Counted from the first letter of the stretch, positions 11,462-24,736 are shown. The stretch is DNA of 64,000 nucleotides from Piedraia hortae CBS 480.64 (GCA_010093745.1 MU005988.1:62001-126000), one strand, 5' to 3'. Notes: a model not told the origin generated them from the sequence alone. Made by a program: numbers and translations.

Positions 11462-12058
11462 TTAAACATCTCCCATCTGCAGCGACTTATGATCCAAACC
11501 CTCCCACTTCGTCCTCCCATCCTTGATATCAATCACCCTTTGCTTATAGAAGATGTGACACCTCGGCAAAAACCTTTCCTTATCCTCCTTACTCTCAAAC
11601 TTTACCAATGATGGGAAGATGAGAAACATGTTCCTCCCCTCATCGAGAATAAAACTATGACAAATGACACAGCGCACCTTGCACGGCAACTGTCGCTCTT
11701 CCTTATTCTGGGAGTGATCGTAGAATCCCAAATGCTGCGATCCGTTGGGAAAATTGAGATCTAACTTGTGGAAGATGGCTGCCCATTGGCAGGGCGAGCC
11801 TTTTACTATCAGAAGGCAAGGTTCTCTAGGCATAGGAAGATTCATCGGGATCGTTTCTTTGCCGAGTACGGCCCCGGTTTAGGGATGTGGCAACTCACCG
11901 TGAATGACCTGACATCCAGTACAGTGGCAGAATTTGCTGTCCAGCGGGTCTTGGCGGCTGATTTGATATGTCACGCCACCGCAGTGGCAGCTTGCTGTGT
12001 ACCGAGCTTTGAACCCAGGTTTGGGCTGGTAGGGGTTTGGATTGGAGTGGCTCTCCAT
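11462..12058 (-). CDS. GFA (Mss4-like, CENP-V) zinc-binding protein, 2 exons
   Basis: ASCHCGGV..FCHCTGCQVIHG, then an intron (~11800-11897), then CVICHS..PRCHIFY. Confidence 0.85.
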
Positions 12059-12217
12059 TTTGCGTTGTTTGGAGAGTCTTATTCGAGATGGAGAAATTTT
12101 GCGACAAACGATGCTCGGCTTGGAAGGTGGCTTGGCGATGAAGCTTGATACGATTGAGTCATCGCATCGTGCAGGTGCAGTATGCAACATCTTAAACATC
12201 GACAAACCTTGTAGAAA

Positions 12218-14042
12218 TCAGAGCTTCACCTTCACGCTCACGAACGACCACACCGCCCTCCCATCCCCGGTAACGCGAACTTTCCCAACTCTCCCAACCT
12301 GCTCCCCCACACACATCTCCCTCAGAGTTTTTTCATCCTCATGATTCGCCACAAATCTGTTGCCCGAACCCTTCATCCTGCCCACAACAAACCCCATCTT
12401 CGGGGAGCCATCGCGTCCGTACTCAACCGTATACGTCTACTCCATGTTAGCCTCTCCCAAAACAACGCAATAGAAACGTACCTCCACAACACCCTCTCCA
12501 TCAGGTTTAGTCTCCACAGCCGGACCTTTGGGGACCGAAGTCCCATCCAGCAGGTTCGCATGCGGGTAGGTTCCTTGTTGCCGCGGGTTCGTGGAAAGTA
12601 TAACAACGTTTTCGTACGAGAGAACACCGCCGTTGGCGAGGATGAGGGCATTCTTTCCGCTGCCGGCCCGGAGACGGCGGGTTACTTCTGCGATTGCCTA
12701 AGAGAACAAGTTAGGTCGGTTTGGTGGATGATCTAGAAAGACTCACGTGCATGGAATAATTGTTTCCAGCGCCACCGAAAGAGGTGAGTCCCCCGAGAAC
12801 AGTGATTGGTTTCGCAGGATGGAGGATGTCCAGGCCGAGGTGGTGGCACGCGAGTTTGGGGACGATAGGGAAGCATCTTCTTTTTGTCAGTTCAGATTGC
12901 TCGGCTAGGAATGGGGGAGCGGTTACGAGTAAAAGTCGTAAATATCGATGTCGATCTTGGTCAGTCCAGCGGCAATGAGGCCTGCGTCGAGGGACCGTGA
13001 GAGAGGGATGCTGTGCGAGAAGGAGGCTCTCTTCCAGACTGTCGTAGCGAACAGATGTTAGCTCCGCCAATGAGGTGAGATAAGGAATATCCCAAACTCA
13101 CAGTCTTCTTCATCCTTCATGCCGGCACCCCCGAGAGGATATATCCACTTGTTCGGATCAACGCCTAGCTGAGCGGCAACATCCGTGGAGGCAAGTATAC
13201 AGGCCGCGGCGAGATTGACGTTGTTCAAGGCGTTCATGAGCAGCGGATAAGGGGCGCAAATCATCCTGTTGTGCTTCCCTACAGTCGCAATCTCATCCGC
13301 ACTGGCTGTCTTGCCATACATCCACGCAAAGGGATTCTTCGATGCGATCTCAGAGAACGAAGCATATAGCTGCGCAGACTCTGCAGTATTCTCCTCAAGG
13401 CTCTGTCCACGAAGAGCACGGAACGCAGCTTCGTAGAGAGGGTATATGTGTATCGGGTTCGTGATGGACTGTAACTTGCCCAAGTCAGGATCGTCAGACG
13501 ACCGGGAGGATTCCCATGAGGCTGGAGACATTGATTTGCGGACCGAATCGACTGATGTGTTTCCCAGCGTGTTGGACGAGTTTGACCAGTGGGGAGGGGG
13601 TTTGGAGGTTTGAGATATGCTACTTGATACTAATCTGATATTGAGCTGTGTTCAAGTTCTGAGAGTAGTCAAGCTTACGGGATGCCAGAGCCTCGCCACC
13701 GGCGAGAATGGCGACGTTAGTTTCACCTTTTGTGATACGTCGAGCGGCAGCATCTAGGAGATAGGCGGGCTGATTTCCGCCATGCTCACTATTGTAGAGC
13801 CTGGATGGCCTGCAGCCCAGTTCGTCTGCAAGTGACTTGGCCAGGTCAACATAGGGCCAGGTCCAAGTGCGGACAATGTCGAAAGAATCGACTTGAGAGG
13901 TTATATACTTTGTCTCGATACCTGTGTCTGTTAAAGCATCCCTGATGGCGGAAAGGATCAGATATAACGGCTCGACGGCGTCTTTAACATTCCTGAAATG
14001 GTTCACGGCCTCTCCAACGCCGATGATAACGGGCATCTTCAT
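12218..14042 (-). CDS. Thiolase-like (acetyl-CoA acetyltransferase family) protein, multi-exon
   Basis: PVIIGVG, HGGNQP, GGEALAS, YPLLMNA, YDFYS/CFPIVPK, GGLTSFGGAGNNYSMH, IETYTVEY, spread over several exons with GT..AG introns. Confidence 0.8.
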
Positions 14043-14463
14043 TGTTGATCAAACAGTTTAACTACACGGCCGGGAAGAATCGATACATGAACAGAAAACC
14101 TCGTCTCTCGGCTTGCCTCGGTTTATCGTACATTTAGGGTTACAAGGGTTTAATTCCGCTTCATCTCCAATCCGTCCGTGTGTGTGCAGTCCGGCTTGGC
14201 GCTCTTGGCTGTGATTGACGAGAGTGTTGGTGTCGACGTGTAGCGGGCAATGAGGTTGACGGCGCCGTAGTTTCGCGTCAGTGGTTGTTTGTCCGATTGC
14301 CTATTGAGAGTGCGTTGTGATTTGTGGAGGGAATTTGTTTGCTTGGCCATTGTTTGCTTCTGCAGAGAGTCCATGGTTAGTGTGGCCCAGAGAAGCGGTT
14401 CTGCCAGCGCATATAGGGCACCAACTCGGCTGTTCCACCTCCCTGATGCGGATAGGTGTCTCA

Positions 14464-14880
14464 TTACGACCGGAGGCCCGTGATGACGTTGCCGAGAAGC
14501 TCGATCATGATCTCCTTGTCTCTTTCAGCCGCTATGCGCTCCTGTCTGACTACTCTGAGCTCCGTCTCCAGTTCGCGCATTCGCCGCTCCTGCGTCTCCT
14601 CGCTGCTGCCCAGCCCCGGCAGGCTGCTAATGAGATACTCAATCTGTTGCTCCTGCAACACCAAGCTGATCGCCAGCTCCCGCAACGACGCTTCAAACTC
14701 GTCGGGCGAATGGGGTGAGCCGCCGGGTGTGGCCGCAGCCTCTTCGCCATCCTTGCGCTGGCTCGGCTGCCCTGGAAACTGACCAGGCGGGTGCTTGCCC
14801 TGAATGTAGTTGACAGCCGCATACATCAGCGACAGCTGGTGGTCGATGGCATCTTGGAGCTGCGTCAGGCGGTCTGCCAT
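14464..14880 (-). CDS. MED21: Mediator subunit Med21/Srb7
   Basis: [27 protein letters not shown] signature. Confidence 0.93.
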   Translation of the reverse strand: MADRLTQLQDAIDHQLSLMYAAVNYIQGKHPPGQFPGQPSQRKDGEEAAATPGGSPHSPDEFEASLRELAISLVLQEQQIEYLISSLPGLGSSEETQERRMRELETELRVVRQERIAAERDKEIMIELLGNVITGLRS

Positions 14881-15025
14881 TGTGGTTGTCGCGTTGATCT
14901 TCCTCAGCGTTCGCTGACCTGAGGTTGTGCTACAGGTCTAACCGCCACCGGCCCGCACGGGATCTAGCCGTTTTGGGATAAGTCACACCCACGTCTTCCC
15001 GTCCCCGTTCAGAAACATCTCAACA

Positions 15026-15904
15026 ATGGCAACCCGTTTCAGATCACTGTTCAGCCTAGCAAGACAAGTGCGGTTCGCAAGTACAAGGGCTAAATCTGCT
15101 AAAAAGACCGAAACCATTGTTAAACGCAAGAGCCTACCTGACCTTCAGTCCTGGCTAGAACTGACCAGTTATCGGGGTGAGCCAAAAAGGAAAACGAGAC
15201 AAAAAGCAGAGAGCCCCAAGACCAAAAGGTCCAAAACACCGGCAAAAAAGACAGTCAAGCGCACAGCTAGCAATACTAGCAGGAAAACACGGTCTTTGAC
15301 TACAATCGCCTCATTGCCAGCCCGATTAAGGCCTCAAACATCAGATAAACACCACAACCTAGACACCTTCGTTGCCTATGCCAAACAGAGCGAGCTCAAC
15401 GAAAGCAGCAGCGTCTATAAAGGCACCCACTATGAATACACAGTGGCCTATGCGCTTAGCCAATTCAACTTTGACCTGCATCGAGTTGGTCGGGCGAATG
15501 ACTTGGGCATCGATCTGGTAGGGTACTGGCGACTGCCGTTCCACAAGCCCAAACAGCGGGGCATGGCGGTGCTGGTACAGTGCAAAGTGTCAGCCCCGAC
15601 TCCAGCTCATGTGCGGGAGCTGGAAGGCGCACACTCTGGGGCACCATCCGGGTGGAGGGGCAAGGGAGCTTTGGCGATGCTGGTCTGCACTGAACCCTCG
15701 ACGGCGGGGGTTCGAGCGTCGCTGCAGCGCTCTGATCGGCCCATGGGCGTTATGCAAGTGGCCGACGACGGCAAGGTGAGACAGTTTCTCTGGAACAACA
15801 CAGCCACCGAGCTGGGGCTACAGGGACTAGGAGTGGGAGTGAATTACAATGCCCCACCAGAGCCCGAGACTATCGCACTAACCTGGTTGGGGAAGCCGAT
15901 CTAA
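15026..15904 (+). CDS. RRG7: Required for respiratory growth protein 7-like (restriction-endonuclease-like fold, mitochondrial)
   Basis: Basic presequence; GTHYEY..RVGRANDLGIDL.G.W..VLVQCK..P..VRELEG. Confidence 0.8.
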   Translation: MATRFRSLFSLARQVRFASTRAKSAKKTETIVKRKSLPDLQSWLELTSYRGEPKRKTRQKAESPKTKRSKTPAKKTVKRTASNTSRKTRSLTTIASLPARLRPQTSDKHHNLDTFVAYAKQSELNESSSVYKGTHYEYTVAYALSQFNFDLHRVGRANDLGIDLVGYWRLPFHKPKQRGMAVLVQCKVSAPTPAHVRELEGAHSGAPSGWRGKGALAMLVCTEPSTAGVRASLQRSDRPMGVMQVADDGKVRQFLWNNTATELGLQGLGVGVNYNAPPEPETIALTWLGKPI

Positions 15905-16173
15905 TCAGATTCGCTGAGTTAGTCGACGTCATCGATAAGCTGTAACATCCACTCACCGCAAAGGCACGAAAGTGACAGCTCAGTCACGCCATTGTAAGAT
16001 AAAAGCCTTCCATCGTTGTGCACGATTCTGCAAAAGCACGGGATCTGAAGGATTTCGTTGTGGCTGTCAAGTTAAAAGAGACTGATCCTTTGGATGCTGA
16101 AAAGTTTTCGCGCAGGGAGCTTTAAAGTGATTCTTCTCACTCTATCCTGATACCTATTCTGCTTCTCTACAAT

Positions 16174-17490
16174 ATGTCGAAAATCGGATGCGGACCGTCA
16201 GCTCTGAGCGAGTTTCCCTTGGCAAAGGGATACAGGAACCTAAACCACGGTATGAATGAACTTGCCTTCCCTCTTTAAAGATTAATTATCTCAGGTTCCT
16301 TTGGGACCTACCCGCTCAGCATCCAGCCTATTCTGGATAAGTATCGTCGCGACTGTGAAGCCCGTCCAGACCTGTGGATCAGATGGGAATATCCCAAGCT
16401 GCTGGACCGCAGCCGCGAAGCAATCGCAGCGTTCGTCCACGCGCCAGTAGAAACATGCGTTCTAGTCCCCAACGCAACAACCGGCCTCAACGTTGTCCTC
16501 CGCAACCTGACTTATACCAAAGGTGACACAGTCATCTACTTCCCCTCCATCTATGGGGCATGTGAGAAAACTATCATGCATCTGATGGAAACAACTCCCC
16601 TATCTGCCCACCGCCTCGACTCCTCCCTCTCCGTGCTAGACGGAGACGCCATCTGCGACTCATTCCGCTCGGCAATCACGACCCTCCGCTCGCGCGGGCA
16701 AACGCCCAAGGTAGCCGTCTTCGATACCATCTCCGCCATTCCAGGAACACGCATGCCCTTTGAGCGTCTCACCCAAATCTGCCGCGAAGCATCCGTACTT
16801 TCCTGTATTGACGCAGCCCATAGCATAGGCCAAATTCCCCTAAACCTCACCCAACTCGACCCCGACTTCTTCTTCACAAACTGCCACAAATGGCTCTACA
16901 CACCCCGCGGCTGTGCTCTACTCTACGTCCCCGTACGCAACCAGCACCTAATCCGCACCCCCTTCCCCACCAGCCATGGCTTCGTACCCCGCGTGGGCCA
17001 AGGTATCAACAACCCCCTCCCACCAACCACCAAGTCCGAATTCGTGAACAACTTCGAATTCGTAGCCACCCTAGACAACACCCCGTACTTATCCATCCCC
17101 GCCGCCTTGGAGTGGAGGCGTAGAGCCGTATACAAGAACCTTGAAGGCGACGAAGCGATCTACACCTATCTTCACACCCTAGCCGCCGATAGCGGCCGTG
17201 TTGTGGCTGAAATCCTTGGCACGGAGGCCATGGAACAGCACCCCCGCTCTGCGTTTGCGAATGTGAGGCTGCCCCTTACCTCGACTGCATCCAAGGCTGC
17301 GGATGTGGCGAGGGGGATTACGGATGTTGTACTCAGGGAATATGATTCTTTTGTGCTGGTTTACGTTTACAATGGAATGTTGTGGGTTAGGCTCTCCGCG
17401 CAGATGTATCTCGGAATTGGAGATTTTGAGTGGGTTGGGAAGGTGTTGAAGGGGGTTTGTGAGAGGGTACAGAGGGGGAGTAAGTTGTAG
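16174..17490 (+). CDS. EGT2: PLP-dependent class V enzyme, hercynylcysteine sulfoxide lyase-like
   Basis: RNLNHG/GSFGTYP across intron 16250-16294; VPNATTG; DAAHSIG; NCHKWLY (PLP lysine); WVRLSAQ. Confidence 0.75.
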
Positions 17491-17901
17491 GGAGGGAAGG
17501 GGTGTATAAGATATGCGTGGGGTTTTGATGGAGGTGATGAGATTGTGCAATGGATTGTGGTTGCAGAACTGGTAAGTGATAGGTCGCAGTTCCTGGGCAG
17601 CTGAATATGACCAAACACATAGTAGAATGACTTTTTGAGCATGCCTGATTTCGGTGCAGTGATGCTGATCACGGTAAACGATAGACTGTGCACCAAAGCT
17701 GCCCCACATTCCAGTACTGCATTTGCCATGACCACCTTCGTGGGGTTTGCAATTCAACATCGGATGGTTGTGGTTGCGGAGCGTTTTATAAGGTGTGAAC
17801 TCTGTTTTGGCGTGCAGCTCAATATGAAGATCGAGGCGTCGTAGCATCCTAGCATGTCAACGTGGCTGGTATGGATAACCCAGCTAAGCAGACAGCGGTG
17901 T

Positions 17902-18814
17902 CTAATCACGGTAAGCGAAGCTAGCGTTAGCATACAAAGGTGGCAAGCCGGGACGTTGCATATTCCATTTATTAGACGATCGATACAGCGGGTTCCTCAA
18001 GTTTGTTTTTTTCCGAACTTTGCGCAAAACTTGATACGCCAAGTCGGGTATCTCTTTCACAACAGCTTCGATGTCTGGTTCATCGAGGATACCATTCTCG
18101 TTGGCCAGTGTCTCAGCAACAATCTCGCGGAGTCCAGTCTCCTGATCCGATGTACGGTGATAGACAGATGAAATAGCTTCGGCAAAGGTATCATGGTTCC
18201 AGTTCCATATTATGGTATCGCGGAACTTCTCGATGGCGATCGTCTCCAAGGATGGAAACTGGTACTTGATCGCGACTGCAAAAACTTTGGCGTGCATGAC
18301 CATGTTGAGGATCACGTTGCCTAAAGAGCGCTTCTGGTTAGCCATGGACTCGGTCTGCTATGTTGGAGCTACTGGGCCTCGCTTTGGTCACTTACCGCAA
18401 TCTCCCTCATCATTGTTCTGAACATATTCAAAGCCCTGGCTAAGATACATGGGGTCTATTCTAAGCCTCATAGTGTACTGACATCTGGAACATATCCTAG
18501 ATAGCTCAAGCGGTGCAGGTTGGTGTTGAAGCAGACCTGGAGCGTAGTCCTGATGATATGCGAAATGAACCATCAACTGGATTGCTTCGGGGTCATCACC
18601 GTCACCCGCAGGGCCTTCAGCGGGATCAGAAGCCTTGAGGTTGATGACTCTGCTGTTGCCCTCCTGAGAAAGATATCAGAATTAGCAGACTTTGCCGAAC
18701 TTAACGTACGACAAGTTTTGCAAGGCGCAAAGTGACTGGCTGGGCGCCAAACACTCCCTGGTGCACTTCGTAGGAACGTCCCCTGCATTTGATCGTAAGA
18801 TGTGTAAGAAGACC
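17902..18814 (-). CDS. BTB/POZ domain protein, divergent; 5' structure uncertain, may be a pseudogene
   Basis: LTIKCRGRSYEVHQ, EGNSRVINL, DDPEAIQLMVHFAYHQDY, HAKVFAVAIKYQFPSLE..A..KF across introns; in-frame TAA at 18815-18817 is either nonsense or intronic. Confidence 0.6.
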
Positions 18815-19219
18815 TTATTCGTAGAGGTCAATAAAGCCAAATCTTAATGGATCGGTGATTTTGCACTTGAAACTTGAGCGTGGATAGAGCGAGCACCACG
18901 CTTTTACCTCATGTCATGATGCATGCGGGCTGATTGCGTGGTTAAAATATGATTTGCCAGTTCCTGCATGGGAAAGAATATCATCCCATCCTCGCAGCAG
19001 CCAGGGTGCGCAGACCGATACTTGGTAGACACACAGGTTTATCGTACTGAACATCGCACGTTGATAGGCAACAATCAGGTCGCTCCTTATACCTTGTACA
19101 AGTGTAACGGGTATCGCTTCAACGCTTAAGACAGCTTCATACAGACCACAAACGACTCAGGTGATTAGTTTTGCCGGACCCGGTGGCTTGGCCCGCTTTC
19201 ATTCAGGTGCATCGAGACC

Positions 19220-20580
19220 CTAGCTGAACACATGAGAAATTTGCTGCCGCATGTGGAATAGCATTGGGCTCCAAAACGTAGCAGGTAGTCGGGTGCTCCC
19301 ATAGGCCAAGATGACCGGAAACAGGACCAGGCCCGCATACGTCGCCGGCCAACGGTAACGCCGCGCCAATAGCCCAAGCTGACGATGACGCAACGCGCGA
19401 GCTTCTCGGCGTTTAATCTCAGCGTCTTGTTGCATGAACAGACATTCACCGTGTTCTGGCGTCTGTTGGGCGAGTTCCTCTGGCTTGCAGGTTGTTTTTA
19501 AGACGCTATAATTTGATACTTGGCGCCAAGCCCTGCCAGAAAGCTTGTGTGGAGGGTGGGTTTTGAACACATCTGACGTGCGCTGGATGAGGCCTTCAAG
19601 GTCAAGAGGTTTGGGTAGCTTTGATAATACGGCTTGGAGCAGCTCGGGTTCGTTTGCGTCGATTTTCATGAGCTCTTTCTTGCGAGAGACGACAATCTTT
19701 TGGCAGTATTAGTAGGGAAATGCATCGTCACGGAATTTACCCACCACTGCAAAAAGATAAAGCGGCACTGCGGCCTCGTTTGCTAGGACAAAGTCGAATA
19801 GGCGAGCGATTTCCCCGTATTCTTCAATCTCATGTGCGTAGAGGGTGAGTGTGGCAGCCAGAGCAAAAAATGGCTGGGTCTGCGAAAGGTGCCTGTACAG
19901 CTCGGCGTCTAGTGCATGAAGGATGGGGGGAAGGAGGCGCAAGTGAATCTCGGTGCCGGCTATGGAAGGCAGCATAAAGTCACGTATTCGTAGCAACGAC
20001 AGACGACGGACGGCCTCAAAAGCCGCGTCTTCTCCCAGTACCAGCAGGAGCACTTGCACAATATCGTGATAGCCTTGAAAGTAATGTAGCATGTTGTGAC
20101 GGCGGAGAACTTTCTTGATAATGCCTGCAAGATTTCTTTTCAGAGCCCGTTTCTCCGACTCGTCTTGTTCAAGTCAGCCCACCCACGTTGAAGCGACAGT
20201 ATTGCCTACCTTCCGGGTAATATACAAACGAACGGTCCACATCCAAGTCGACCTGAGCCTCATCTGGATGAGGTACCAACTCAGCGTCAGGATGGGTTTC
20301 GTCCGAATTACATGCCAACAACACCGGCCCTACTGCTATTTAGCTGCACATATACTCATCCAAGGACGGATTACATACATGCTGTGCGTCTGGTTAAATC
20401 ATCTACAAAGCCACCTTCCTCAGCCGCCAGCTCTCTCAACCTAGCGTAGTCGCGGATTCTGCTGGCCTGCAATATCTGCTCGACCTTCTCATTGGAGGTG
20501 TGGAGTTGCTTTTCCGGGGCGGAGCCGCCACCGTCCTCGCGCGGCGTAGTCGTAAATGACTCCGCCGTCCGTTGGGCCAT
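19220..20580 (-). CDS. GYP8: TBC-domain Rab GTPase-activating protein (TBC1D20/Gyp8-like), multi-exon
   Basis: QVDLDVDRSFVYYP, LHYFQGYHDIVQV, LRIRDFM, PFFAL..LTLYAH, RLFDF; C-terminal TM segment. Confidence 0.8.
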
Positions 20581-21013
20581 ATGAAGATGCGCTGCTCCAC
20601 GCCTACCGAAACCATCGGCCTTGTGTTTTAGAGATGAAAGATAGATTTCAGCAAGGTGAGCAACCCGTTAAACCCTCACTCTGGCGTTGCAGCGTCATGC
20701 CCCGCCGTTGCACAGGCGCGGGAACACCCGTCCGGAGGGTTTCATCTCGCCTTCCGCTGAGTTTGAATCAGCTACACAGCTGCCTAGAGAGATCTGAGTT
20801 AGTAGTGTGAATATCGTGCCGTTGCAGCGTTATTCACCCAAAGTCGGCAGCGACGATTTGTTTAGTGACCAAATGCCCGTTAAAGCCCTGCACAAGTTGT
20901 GTTTCGAATGAGACATGCATCGCATGGTATGTAATCCTCGCAAGAGCTAACGTGGGCTCGATTCACATTAACAACACCTTGAAATGGAAACGCGGAGCAG
21001 TCGTTACTGAAAC

Positions 21014-24000
21014 ATGGAAGTACCAACCATGGCTAACGGCGTGCCCGATTCATTGAAGGATCTGGGCGTCCTCAGCAAAACGATAGTCAAAAGTCCAGTT
21101 GCCAAAGCAGTTCACGGTGCTCGTCTACACAATGGGCGGCACAAAGATGTAGTCTTTGTGAATGAACGATGCATCCATGTAAAACAACTGACCCAAGACG
21201 CCCAATTGGAGCCCCTCGTCTACAAGGACGACTTTGACGACGACATCCGGTCATCAGGGATTTTTACGGTAAACAGCCAACCTACAATGCCTACTAGCAG
21301 CTCCTCAGACAATGGACAACCTCAAGACCTTCTGGTGCTGGTGTTGGGCAACTCCAACCTGGCTTTCTTATGTCTTCGCGAAGAAGTGGAAGGAACGTAC
21401 AGTTTTGCCCATGAAACACGTTCGATTCCAGTCTTAGACGAGCAGCTCTACCAACCCGGGACCCACATCGCAATTGATCATTCTTCACGGGCCATTGCCG
21501 TCGCAGCGAACGAACGCGAGGTCATCATGTACTCGTGCAAATCGCAAGAGGATATTGAACGGGCATTGCGGGCGGGTCATGATTGGTGTCCCATTTCGAG
21601 CGAGAAAATGGCCCCGGTGGAAGGCGTCATTCAGCACATAGACTTCCTCATACCCCCTGAAGACAACCAAGACCTTGTCGTCCTGGCACTGATAGTGGTG
21701 ATTAAGAGAAGAACCAAAGTGGTCTGGATCGAATGGCTTCACAGTCAGGGCCTCAACGATATATTCATCAACTCAGCCCAGCCTTTAGACTGTCCCAAAA
21801 CGGCTCCAAACCTCTTCGTTCCATTGCATGGTGCCAACTTCATGCTGGCGCACGGCACAGAGCTTTTGATATGCACAGGGCTGCTGTCCGGCAGCGTTAC
21901 AAGTTCAGTTGTAGACGCCCCGCTGGGCGAAGGGGACAATCACGACGGGAACTCGCCCAGGGCACCAATTTGGGTTAGCTGGCAGAGACCGTGGCGCAGC
22001 AATAGGCAGAAGGATACTGTCATCCTAATTGCGGAAGACGGCCTGGTGGCTTATTTTGAAATTGGCGGTAGCTCGGTGGAGATCAACTCCCCGGGGTATT
22101 TGGGCTGCTACGTTGACGGGCCTTTTGCCTCGTTGAGCGATGAGAACGCGGATATCCTAGCAGTCGCAGGGAGCATGAGTTATGGTATCCTGGCTGTGGT
22201 TGACCAAGAGGGTGAGAATGGTCGTCAGGCACCCGATTGGAGCTACGGCGGCCCGGTCGCGTTGGACTCGCTGGAAAGTATTCCCAACTGGGCGTCTGTG
22301 ACCGATATTGTTTCTGTGCCGTTCCGAATCGCTGCAGGCATAAGCTCACGGCTGCTTAAAACGCACCCGTGTGTTCTTGTCACGTCGGGCCGGCAGCCCT
22401 ATGGGTCGGTAACGGAGCTGAGGGTTGGTGTTGAGGCGTCAGAAACAACGTCGTTTGAGCTCGACGATTTGCGGACAACGCTGGGAATGTGGGCGGTTCC
22501 AAGCACCGAAGAAGATGCTGTGCTCGTTTTTGTGACGAACAAAGACTCCACTAGGATATTGGAGATTACTGTGCTGCCTGAGATTGAAGTTGCAGAGTTG
22601 GATGCCGAGGACGCTGCCTTTGACTTTGAATACCGGACTCTGGTCGCGGCGGCAGCTAATGGACGTATCTTTCAAGTCACCAGCAAGGCGGTCATCGCGA
22701 CGGACCCAATGAGCCAGACAAGGAAGGAGGTTGATGATGAGGTGGAGATCATGTGTGCTGATATCTTGCCCGCGGCCAGCATTATAATAACGGTTGAGCT
22801 TCGTGGAAGCCGGTCAGTCTTGTGTTGCACGCATTGTTCTGGCGGTCAGATGGCGGAGAGCATTCGCCAACTTCACGATGAGGCTACAGCCGTTGCAGTT
22901 GGATTGTGCGGCTCAACGATCCTTAGTGTGGCCACGTTTTATGACGGAACGGTTATATTGTTCCTTTTGGAAGGGGAAAATATAGAAGAAATGGACAGAC
23001 TGAACGCAAGTGACCATCAGGATCTCAATGGAGTGGGCGATGGAGTCTATCTGCTGCCGTCTGCAGTCGATGAAGGCTTCACAGCCGTTATCGGGCTTCG
23101 AGATGGAAGAATACACCATACCACCGTCGAATGCACGGGGGCAAGGCCTCGCTTCGGTAACAGCAAGTCATTGATGTACGGCACCAGTACGGTAAAGCTC
23201 ATCAAGATGCATGATGCGAGATCGCTTATCATTATAAGCGGCCTAGATATCGGACTCTTGACCGTGAAAAATGGAGCAGTAACCATCAGCAGCATATGGC
23301 AGACCAAGATTCCCAGACCAGAGCTGAGTCAGGACTGTATTGTAGCTGCAGCCCAGATGCCAGAGCTCAATGTCAAAACGTTTTCCAGGGCAGCGATGCT
23401 CGTTTGTGGTGATCGCTGTTCGATTGCCCAGCTATCGTCGAGCCCGGACACCGTCCCTCGCCGCATCCCTGTCAGCGGTACCCCCAACCGAGTTCTCTTT
23501 TCCAAGCAGCAACGCTGTCTTGTTGTGTCCTCGAAGAAGTTTGGCATCCGTGAGGGATCAAATCCACTCAAGCGCCAGGTTTGGCCAGTGATTGACTTCA
23601 TTCCGGCCAGGTACTGCGTCCCAACATTCACTTTTGAACTACAGCCACGGGACACCGTCTTCTCACTTCTGGAGTGGACATACCAACCACCCTCAGACTC
23701 GGTTGAAAAGAAATGGTCCTTTATCCTCGCAGGTGGCAGCCATCAGCCATCCAACGGCACCGCCGTTGGCAAAATTTGGTTCCTGCAGCCAGTGAACCAC
23801 GAATGGAAGATCGAATCCGTTAGCTGCACGAATACAGTGACCAAATTCCCTTCCGGGCCCGTCTACTCTCTTGCCAAGTACGACGACCTCAGCTACATCG
23901 CCTGTGCGGGAAGACAAGTGCATGTAATGCGTTTCGACAGCGAAGCGAAGAAGTGGTTTGCCTGCTGCGAGCCCTTCACCATATCCAGTCCCGGCGTGCA

Positions 24001-24736
24001 TGTTACCGTCGACGACGCGAAACGCATTTACGTGTCTACCGCGCGCGACTCCCTCCGTACTCTCATCTTGAAAGCTCTCCCGTCCGATCACCCTGGTGAG
24101 CATACTAAGAAACTGGTGGGCCAATTCTCCGGTCCAAGAGCGGAAGAACTGCTCTGTCATCTCTATCTTGAACCAACCACTAGGAACGACACTAGGGCAA
24201 GGTTACAGCCGCATCCCGAGCAAACGTACAGCAAACATCTGCTTTTGACTGCGGATCGAGACGATACACTTACAGGCCTTGATCCCATAGCTGTTCCATC
24301 CCGCGAGCGGGAAGCCTTGAGAGTCCTCTTCAGAGCGAAGCTACCCTCGCCCCTAACCCGTCTTTGTGATGCCGAGATTAGACCCGCCTGGAAAGCGGAG
24401 TATATCCCCGGCGTGGTCACAGACAGGGCTGTTGGATGTACCACCGATGGCGCCCTTGTTGGGGTCGTGGTGCTGACCAAAGCGCTTTTTGAGATTCTTG
24501 GGAGGGTTATGAAGGAGGGAAATCCTGCTCGGGGTATTGAGGAGGATTGGCAGCAGTTTGCAAGGCGTGATGACGAGGATGAGATTAGACATATAAATGG
24601 AGACGGGCTTGCGAGGGTGGTGGAGAGAGGGAAGTTAAGACGTATCTTGCTAGACATGGACGAGGACGCCATGACCGAGTTCGGTGGGAGAGAAGGAGTA
24701 GAGGATATTGTGAGGAGGATCCTGGACTGGATGTGA
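21014..24736 (+). CDS. Mms1/DDB1/CPSF-A-like multi-propeller protein (ThtA-like)
   Basis: 1240-aa ORF with DVVFV, GTHIAIDHSSRAIAVAA, TSGRQPYGSVTELRVG, GTPNRVLFS; an extra 5' exon is possible. Confidence 0.75.
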   Translation: MEVPTMANGVPDSLKDLGVLSKTIVKSPVAKAVHGARLHNGRHKDVVFVNERCIHVKQLTQDAQLEPLVYKDDFDDDIRSSGIFTVNSQPTMPTSSSSDNGQPQDLLVLVLGNSNLAFLCLREEVEGTYSFAHETRSIPVLDEQLYQPGTHIAIDHSSRAIAVAANEREVIMYSCKSQEDIERALRAGHDWCPISSEKMAPVEGVIQHIDFLIPPEDNQDLVVLALIVVIKRRTKVVWIEWLHSQGLNDIFINSAQPLDCPKTAPNLFVPLHGANFMLAHGTELLICTGLLSGSVTSSVVDAPLGEGDNHDGNSPRAPIWVSWQRPWRSNRQKDTVILIAEDGLVAYFEIGGSSVEINSPGYLGCYVDGPFASLSDENADILAVAGSMSYGILAVVDQEGENGRQAPDWSYGGPVALDSLESIPNWASVTDIVSVPFRIAAGISSRLLKTHPCVLVTSGRQPYGSVTELRVGVEASETTSFELDDLRTTLGMWAVPSTEEDAVLVFVTNKDSTRILEITVLPEIEVAELDAEDAAFDFEYRTLVAAAANGRIFQVTSKAVIATDPMSQTRKEVDDEVEIMCADILPAASIIITVELRGSRSVLCCTHCSGGQMAESIRQLHDEATAVAVGLCGSTILSVATFYDGTVILFLLEGENIEEMDRLNASDHQDLNGVGDGVYLLPSAVDEGFTAVIGLRDGRIHHTTVECTGARPRFGNSKSLMYGTSTVKLIKMHDARSLIIISGLDIGLLTVKNGAVTISSIWQTKIPRPELSQDCIVAAAQMPELNVKTFSRAAMLVCGDRCSIAQLSSSPDTVPRRIPVSGTPNRVLFSKQQRCLVVSSKKFGIREGSNPLKRQVWPVIDFIPARYCVPTFTFELQPRDTVFSLLEWTYQPPSDSVEKKWSFILAGGSHQPSNGTAVGKIWFLQPVNHEWKIESVSCTNTVTKFPSGPVYSLAKYDDLSYIACAGRQVHVMRFDSEAKKWFACCEPFTISSPGVHVTVDDAKRIYVSTARDSLRTLILKALPSDHPGEHTKKLVGQFSGPRAEELLCHLYLEPTTRNDTRARLQPHPEQTYSKHLLLTADRDDTLTGLDPIAVPSREREALRVLFRAKLPSPLTRLCDAEIRPAWKAEYIPGVVTDRAVGCTTDGALVGVVVLTKALFEILGRVMKEGNPARGIEEDWQQFARRDDEDEIRHINGDGLARVVERGKLRRILLDMDEDAMTEFGGREGVEDIVRRILDWM